A stretch of DNA of 32,000 nt. Origin: Promethearchaeota archaeon (GTDB lineage: Archaea; Asgardarchaeota; Lokiarchaeia; Sigyniarchaeales; Promethearchaeaceae). Positions 26,576-32,000 of the stretch are shown here, piece by piece. A program made the translations under genes and the position numbers. Each line of letters starts with the position of its first letter. Position 1 is the first letter of the stretch. The DNA lies in assembly GCA_016933055.1 (NCBI GenBank), contig JAFGBS010000031.1:30001-62000 (forward strand), in the 5' to 3' direction. Under the pieces are notes generated by a model. The model ran no database searches, was not told the DNA's origin, and saw only the letters and a list, made by a program, of their open reading frames with translations.

Positions 26576-28948
26576 ATGCCTAATCCAAGCTTTACGCCAT
26601 CATGGACAACTCTTTCCTATTCTCTTTTTGATAAATATGTACCATTAATAAAACGATGGGCGAAGAACTCAAAATCGACTCAATCTACTACTCAAAGCGA
26701 TATTACTGACATATTTGTGAAGATATTTTATATCACAACTACAGAACTGTTAATGCAACATGATTACTCAGCTTTTTTCCATCAAGATTTTCTTAAGAAA
26801 TACAATTTGGATGATTCTCATCTAAATCATCCAATTACAACTTTTCCACAATTATTTGATATTTCTTCGTCCCAAGCAAATGATCATGAACTTATAAGCT
26901 TTTATGGAATGTTAATTCATCGCCTATTTAAATCCCTGGCTAAAAATTTTACAATCTCGTTAAATAGTTCCTTAAATTCCCCTAAGAATCCCTCCTTCAT
27001 GAAATCTTATGAATTGAAGATGCTCGTTCAGATGTGTTACTCTGACTTTTATCATTATCAAAAGTCTTTTTTCGAGTTTGGGGGTATTCCAGCACTCTTT
27101 TCAGAATTTATCGCACTACTTTTTGATAAATTATCCACATTTAAGACTAGAAGGATTATTGCCTCACAGAAGAAGCAAACTGGTAGTATTTTTACCCCAA
27201 TATGGATAATTGAACTAATATTAAAGCGATTGCAATCCAAAATTGATCAGCTCCAATCCCCCCTAAAACTAGCTGATCTATCAGTAGGATATGGAGGATT
27301 TTTTGAAGCCTTTATTGGTTTATCCAAATCCGAGAACTCAAACCTAATTTTATATGGATATGATACCGATCCTTTCAAAATCGATATAATACGTCTAAAT
27401 TTTTTGATACGAAAACAAGAAAAGCATTGGAATCATATCCAATATGATTTGAATCTTTGTGATGCGTTATTACAAGTTCCTTCCGAGAGATATGACATTT
27501 TAGTAGGAAATCCCCCCTGGGGTGCTCGTGTCAATAAAGCAAAAATATTGAAAATTGAGGAATTGACTGAATTTACGGTAAAACAATTTGATTCATTCGG
27601 TTTATTTCTTATTAGGAACATCCTTGCACTCAGAGAAAGCGGATACTTGTACTTAGTTTTACCTGAGACTATATTATTAAATCCAAATTATGAAAACCTC
27701 CGAAAATTCATCTTAGATCATACCACTATTTTAGAAATCATCCATTTAGGAGAAGGTGTTTTTAAGGGAGTGAATATGCCTGCTATCATCTTAGGATTGA
27801 AAAACCGAAAAGCAGAATCCCCCCATCAATTGAAAATATATCAAAATATTACTGAAAATTCAGAATTGAATATAATAACCGCTCAAAATAATAAAATACC
27901 TAACAATATTCCCCATTATCTTCTCCGTTTCCAATCCGACTTTCTCTCTAATCCCGACTACTCTTTTGATATATTCACTACTACCCAAGATAGGCAAATA
28001 ATAGAGAAAATTGAAAAAATGGATTGCTATCGTTTACGAGACATGGTTGATAATAGTCGTGGTGTAGAAATTGGAAAAAAGGGCGAAGTAATTCAATGTT
28101 ATCATTGCAAAGTATGGATGCCGACTCCTCAATGGTCTCTAGATCCTTATTCAGGGCAAAGATTTACGGTTTGTCAAATATGCAAACATAAAATAAATCT
28201 AAATGAGCTCATCCATCGAGATAGAATTATACTTAGTAGTAAACCTGAAAATAGCGTACCATGCTCCAAAATCATCCTTGGAGAAGACATTCAACGTTAT
28301 GTAATCACGGGGAATAATTACATTATTCTAAATCGTCGAGGAATAAAATACAAAAGTGCGAAATTGTACAACAAGAAAAAAATACTGGTAAGGAAAACCT
28401 CAAAGGAATTACTAGGCGTTATCGATTATGATAACTCTTATACGATCCAAGTAGTATATCAGTTTTCATTAAAAGAGGAATTCGATAGCTCTCCTTACTT
28501 ATTGGAATTTATACTAGGCGCCCTTTCCTCCCGAATCATCCAATTCTACTATGCAAAAAAATACCAGTATCTAAAACGTAAAAATTTTCCTCACCACATC
28601 CAAAAAAATATCTTAAACATCCCTATTCCAAAAATTGTTACTTCGTCCACATCGTCTATACATTATTTAGAAGTTGTAATGTGCACAATTTTTCTCATGT
28701 GGATCTCTTATTATCTAGAACATCATGATTTCAACAAATCTATTCAATCAGTACTGTATAATTTCTTGGATGAAAACTTACAAATGTTACAAAACGGTCC
28801 CCTACTTACCCAATTTACCAAAAATTTCAACAATTCCCCGCTACAACTTATGAATAATCCTTCTAAACTCCTAGATCCGAAAGGTATGTCTACTTTTTTT
28901 CAAGAAATGCTCGATGATACAGTGGAGAGAGTATTTCTCGCATTATAA
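26576..28948 (+). CDS. Amino-DNA methyltransferase (N6-adenine, TaqI/Eco57I-like gamma class) with TaqI-C-like TRD
   Basis: Motif X GSIFTP, SAM motif I LADLSVGYGGFF, motif IV ILVGNPPWG, FDSFGLF, LVLPETIL; TRD-like GEDIQRY...KKILVRKT. Confidence 0.9.
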   Translation: MPNPSFTPSWTTLSYSLFDKYVPLIKRWAKNSKSTQSTTQSDITDIFVKIFYITTTELLMQHDYSAFFHQDFLKKYNLDDSHLNHPITTFPQLFDISSSQANDHELISFYGMLIHRLFKSLAKNFTISLNSSLNSPKNPSFMKSYELKMLVQMCYSDFYHYQKSFFEFGGIPALFSEFIALLFDKLSTFKTRRIIASQKKQTGSIFTPIWIIELILKRLQSKIDQLQSPLKLADLSVGYGGFFEAFIGLSKSENSNLILYGYDTDPFKIDIIRLNFLIRKQEKHWNHIQYDLNLCDALLQVPSERYDILVGNPPWGARVNKAKILKIEELTEFTVKQFDSFGLFLIRNILALRESGYLYLVLPETILLNPNYENLRKFILDHTTILEIIHLGEGVFKGVNMPAIILGLKNRKAESPHQLKIYQNITENSELNIITAQNNKIPNNIPHYLLRFQSDFLSNPDYSFDIFTTTQDRQIIEKIEKMDCYRLRDMVDNSRGVEIGKKGEVIQCYHCKVWMPTPQWSLDPYSGQRFTVCQICKHKINLNELIHRDRIILSSKPENSVPCSKIILGEDIQRYVITGNNYIILNRRGIKYKSAKLYNKKKILVRKTSKELLGVIDYDNSYTIQVVYQFSLKEEFDSSPYLLEFILGALSSRIIQFYYAKKYQYLKRKNFPHHIQKNILNIPIPKIVTSSTSSIHYLEVVMCTIFLMWISYYLEHHDFNKSIQSVLYNFLDENLQMLQNGPLLTQFTKNFNNSPLQLMNNPSKLLDPKGMSTFFQEMLDDTVERVFLAL

Positions 28949-28964
28949 TGAGATTTTTTAATGC

Positions 28965-28987
28965 TTTCTTAGCACTATGTTAAGAAA
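28965..28987. terminator. 10-bp hairpin after the methyltransferase (terminator or operator of the next gene)
   Basis: TTTCTTAGCA-CTA-TGTTAAGAAA, one G-T mismatch. Confidence 0.35.
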
Positions 28988-29072
28988 AACAAAATATTAT
29001 TTATTAGGAGAAAATTTAATATGATTAAACATACCGTTTTGATTGGAATATGTAAGCTAGGCTGTTTTTCGA

Positions 29073-30023
29073 ATGGATGAGAACGATCTTAAAATTTTAG
29101 AAATTCTGGATGAAGATTCGCGTACTCCCTATGATTTTATTGGGAAAAAAGTAAATTTAACTGGAAATGCCGTCCGAACCCGTGTTATTCGCATGATCGA
29201 GGACGGTGTGATTGATGACTTCATCTTTAAAATCCATCCGTCCGTATTTGAAGTCGACAATTGTTATGTATATTTTCAATATCCTCAATCTGCAAGTATT
29301 GCTGCTGTAATCAGCAAAAAACTAGGAGATGACCCCCATTATTGCGAAATTATTTCTGGATATGATCCCTCGTATGCGGGATCGGATGGCTCGGTAATTG
29401 TGTATGTGATGGGTCAAGGTGAAGAAGATCTTCATAAACAAGTGGACAAACTAAAGCGAAAAATAAATGACGTGGATGATTTTCTGGTTATAAAGCGGTA
29501 TACACCTCCCATAGAAAAAGTAAAGATTAACAACTCCCTACTAAAAGTAATCCATGTTTTAATTCAAGATGTGCGTACTTCAGTTGCAAATCTTGCTCGT
29601 GACTGCAAGATGACTTCAAAATCAGTGAAGTATTACCTAGACCAAATCACTCGCTACAAAATCGGCAGGTTCTCGATAAACACTCAACCCAATAAAATCT
29701 CTCAAAGAATATTCATTAACATGTATATCAGCAAAGAGAATGTGGATTACATACGGTTTGAGCAATTATTTGATTCAATACTTAAAAAAATTAAATCTGT
29801 GATCTTTAATAATCAATTATTGGTTGATCCACCTGGAGTATACTGTGAAATTACAACCGAATCTCTTGAAGAAATTGATCAAATAGAACATACTATACGC
29901 TCATTCATGGAAGATAACTATACGTTCAAGAAAATGTTTCCTTCCAAGATTATCTATCGGAAGAACTTGATCGAAAAGATTGTTCAAGATCGAATAGAAG
30001 CACTAGAGAAGATGACGGATTAA
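29073..30023 (+). CDS. Double-length Lrp/AsnC-family regulator (two HTH-RAM units)
   Basis: HTH1 MDENDLKILEILDEDSRTPYDFIGKKVNLTGNAVRTRV; HTH2 LLKVIHVLIQDVRTSVANLARDCKMTSKSVKYYL. Confidence 0.8.
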   Translation: MDENDLKILEILDEDSRTPYDFIGKKVNLTGNAVRTRVIRMIEDGVIDDFIFKIHPSVFEVDNCYVYFQYPQSASIAAVISKKLGDDPHYCEIISGYDPSYAGSDGSVIVYVMGQGEEDLHKQVDKLKRKINDVDDFLVIKRYTPPIEKVKINNSLLKVIHVLIQDVRTSVANLARDCKMTSKSVKYYLDQITRYKIGRFSINTQPNKISQRIFINMYISKENVDYIRFEQLFDSILKKIKSVIFNNQLLVDPPGVYCEITTESLEEIDQIEHTIRSFMEDNYTFKKMFPSKIIYRKNLIEKIVQDRIEALEKMTD

Positions 30024-30043
30024 TTAATAGATCCATTTTTCTT

Positions 30044-30946
30044 TTACTCGTTAATTGGGATTACCAGATCCTTCCATTTCTCAAACCGAACAATATAAGA
30101 AGGGAAAAATACTTGAATATCTTTCACTTCTTTCAAATTAGATGTTTTTTCAACAAGTTCTTCCATTTCAGCCAAAGTATTTGAATAGATATAGAATGCA
30201 ATACCTGGAGGATCTATCAAGATATAATAGGAGAGATAATTTGGTAATTCCTCTCTCAATTTGTCCACCTTTTCTTTGAAATGTTTATCGTCTTTAAAAA
30301 GGATAATTAACAGATGAATTACGAAGTTGCGGATCTTACTGGGTTGCAGTCCAATCGTATGAACAATAAGATTTGATTTAGAAAATTTCTGCAGATAACG
30401 TGATAAGGTCTTTTTGGACAGATCCAATTTTTCTGATAAATTAATAAGGTCTTTTCGGGAATCTTGACGTAAAAGGCGTATCAATTTCATTTCCATTGGT
30501 TTTAACTCTGCATCTCCAGTCGAATACTGAATCTTGTAAACATCAATAATGGGGACATCGGGGATTTTTTCGTGAAATCTTCGCTTAAAATCCTCTATCG
30601 TTGCTTTGGAAATTCCTTCGTCCGAACTAAATGGTAATAAAGCGATAATCGCACAACTCTTGCTTAATGAGAAAATTATCTCATAGACTTCTTCAAATTG
30701 TTCTACTTTCTTGCAAAAATCCTCCCGCTCCGTTCGTGAAATTTCTGCCATAAATGAGATTCGAGCGTAACCAAATTGTGAGAAAACTGGATTCGTGTGA
30801 AATACAAACACTCCTTCTTCTTCTAGCTTGATTGCTCGTTTTTTTAAGATATTTCCCGAAATCCCTAACATATGTCCCAGGGAATTAAAACTCATTCGTG
30901 AATCATGCCACAGTTCTTTCAATAATTTCATATCTATTTCATCCAT
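30044..30946 (-). CDS. Double-length Lrp/AsnC-family regulator (two HTH-RAM units)
   Basis: HTH1 MDEIDMKLLKELWHDSRMSFNSLGHMLGISGNILKKR; HTH2 MEMKLIRLLRQDSRKDLINLSEKLDLSKKTLSRYL. ATG 30946 preferred by analogy to the paralog; the ORF extends to 30976. Confidence 0.8.
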   Translation of the reverse strand: MDEIDMKLLKELWHDSRMSFNSLGHMLGISGNILKKRAIKLEEEGVFVFHTNPVFSQFGYARISFMAEISRTEREDFCKKVEQFEEVYEIIFSLSKSCAIIALLPFSSDEGISKATIEDFKRRFHEKIPDVPIIDVYKIQYSTGDAELKPMEMKLIRLLRQDSRKDLINLSEKLDLSKKTLSRYLQKFSKSNLIVHTIGLQPSKIRNFVIHLLIILFKDDKHFKEKVDKLREELPNYLSYYILIDPPGIAFYIYSNTLAEMEELVEKTSNLKEVKDIQVFFPSYIVRFEKWKDLVIPINE

Positions 30947-30998
30947 ACCCAGACCATCCGTGTGTTGTACTCTCATATACTATTTCGTATATGGGAAT

Positions 30999-31613
30999 TT
31001 ATTCTTTATGTATTTTTAAGAGATCCCTACTGATATACCCTATTCTATAGACCATTGTCGTGATGACACCAAATGCAAGGAGTATAATACCTATGGAATA
31101 GACAATCTGAAATGGAATTATACAAATTAAGAATAGCAGAAATAGTCGTTCAGATCGTGCAAATACTCCCACATCATAATCAGTATCTGATATGTTTTCT
31201 GCACGAGATCGAACATAACTGATCATCAAAGATCCAAGAAGAATGGATAAAATCATTATTTGATGCAACATATAACCATAAAGAAAATAATGGCTATTCA
31301 AAAACAATCCTAAGAATAGAAAAATTTCAGATAATCTATCCATATTTGAATCGAAAAATGCTCCAAAAGTGGTGGTTTTCCCCGTTAATCTTGCTAAAGC
31401 CCCATCAACCCCATCTAAAATACCAACTATGAAAGTTAAAATTCCAAATACCCAAAAAAAATCAGTAAAAATTATCAAAATACATGCTATTATGGATGTA
31501 ATCAACATTAGTAGAGTAATATGATTAGGAAAAATTCCTCCTTTACTGAAGATTTTCGCTATACCCACTACTAATGGTTTGAATATCCTACGCACTCTAA
31601 ATGGACTTCCCAT
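30999..31613 (-). CDS. CDP-alcohol phosphatidyltransferase (archaetidylinositol-phosphate synthase-like)
   Basis: PNHIT, signature DGVDGALAR...GAFFDSNMDR, SYVRSRAE, RSERL. Confidence 0.92.
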   Translation of the reverse strand: MGSPFRVRRIFKPLVVGIAKIFSKGGIFPNHITLLMLITSIIACILIIFTDFFWVFGILTFIVGILDGVDGALARLTGKTTTFGAFFDSNMDRLSEIFLFLGLFLNSHYFLYGYMLHQIMILSILLGSLMISYVRSRAENISDTDYDVGVFARSERLFLLFLICIIPFQIVYSIGIILLAFGVITTMVYRIGYISRDLLKIHKE

Positions 31614-31623
31614 AATAAACTTG

Positions 31624-31639
31624 ATAATCCAAGGATTAT
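31624..31639. promoter_or_regulatory. Perfect inverted repeat in 45-bp divergent promoter
   Basis: ATAATCC-AA-GGATTAT between ATG 31613 (-) and ATG 31659 (+). Confidence 0.4.
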
Positions 31640-31658
31640 ATTTTTTTGGTGATTCGGT

Positions 31659-32000
31659 ATGGTAATTCTCGGAGAAAAAGAATGGTTTTTACTATTTAAT
31701 TTGAGTAGAATGGGTGCGTTGAACGGTATCTCAAAATCCAGTACTGAAATCGCATCGCTCCTATCTACATCTCAACAAACAATCTCCCGTCGATTGAAAA
31801 AATTGAGAGATTCAGGATACATTATGAAATCTCTCGAAGAAGATATTCTTCAAATCAAGATTTCCGAAAAAGGGAAAACTGCCTTGAATTCAGTCTTTCA
31901 AGACCTAAAGAAAATCTTAGTGGAAAAAGGTAAACAGCAGTATTATGGGCAGGTACAAACTGGTTTGGGGGAAGGAAAATTCTATGTACAATTACCGAAA
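31659..32000 (+). CDS. ribK: HTH-fused CTP-dependent riboflavin kinase (RbkR-type), truncated by window end
   Basis: Not in the ORF track; manual translation from ATG 31659 (SD GGTGAT 31648-31653): MVILGEKEWF...STEIASLLSTSQQTISRRLKKLRDSGYI...GQVQTGLGEGKFYV; winged HTH followed by the G.V.(S/T)GLGEG..Y start of DUF120. Confidence 0.85.
   Translation, partial: MVILGEKEWFLLFNLSRMGALNGISKSSTEIASLLSTSQQTISRRLKKLRDSGYIMKSLEEDILQIKISEKGKTALNSVFQDLKKILVEKGKQQYYGQVQTGLGEGKFYVQLPK

Noticed and set aside
1293-31019. Numerous 60-130 aa ORFs in the track overlapping longer genes (e.g. 1293-1538, 2306-2494, 14983-15234, 16594-16911, 19693-20091, 26162-26359)
   Set aside because: Antisense or alternate-frame shadows of well-supported CDS, with no motifs of their own.
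1-32000. tRNA, rRNA, CRISPR array, transposase or integrase
   Set aside because: No GC-rich cloverleaf or rRNA-like segment, no regularly spaced repeats and no recombinase motifs were seen by eye; tRNAscan-SE/Infernal were not run.

Overview
AT-rich archaeal chromosomal segment, most consistent with an Asgard archaeon (Lokiarchaeia-like). This is inferred from a longin-like protein, an Oxa1-superfamily DUF106-like protein, HTH-riboflavin kinase, a CDP-alcohol phosphatidyltransferase, a thiolase/DUF35 pair and GGTGA ribosome-binding sites. About 28 credible CDS were found; no rRNA, tRNA, CRISPR array or mobile element was seen. Two loci stand out. (1) A tightly coupled four-gene minus-strand operon (8274-14129) encodes a catalytically degenerate AAA+ (Cdc48/Vps4-like fold) protein, an SMC ATPase with Smc5/6-type sequence features, a ScpA-like kleisin and a KITE-like tandem winged-helix protein, with no JetD/Toprim nuclease. 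(2) A glycyl radical enzyme of unassigned subfamily with its activase and a tandem PNPOx-like split-barrel protein (17242-21689) lies divergent from a TetR regulator and a Gfo/Idh/MocA dehydrogenase, with a perfect palindromic operator candidate between them. Other content: cold-shock protein, membrane alpha/beta hydrolase, class V PLP cysteine-desulfurase-like enzyme with a small acidic 4-Cys neighbour, ArsR and RHH regulators before malQ, an orphan N6-adenine-type methyltransferase with a Zn-ribbon insertion, and two convergent double-length Lrp/AsnC regulators. All family assignments come from motif recognition by eye; no database searches were run.
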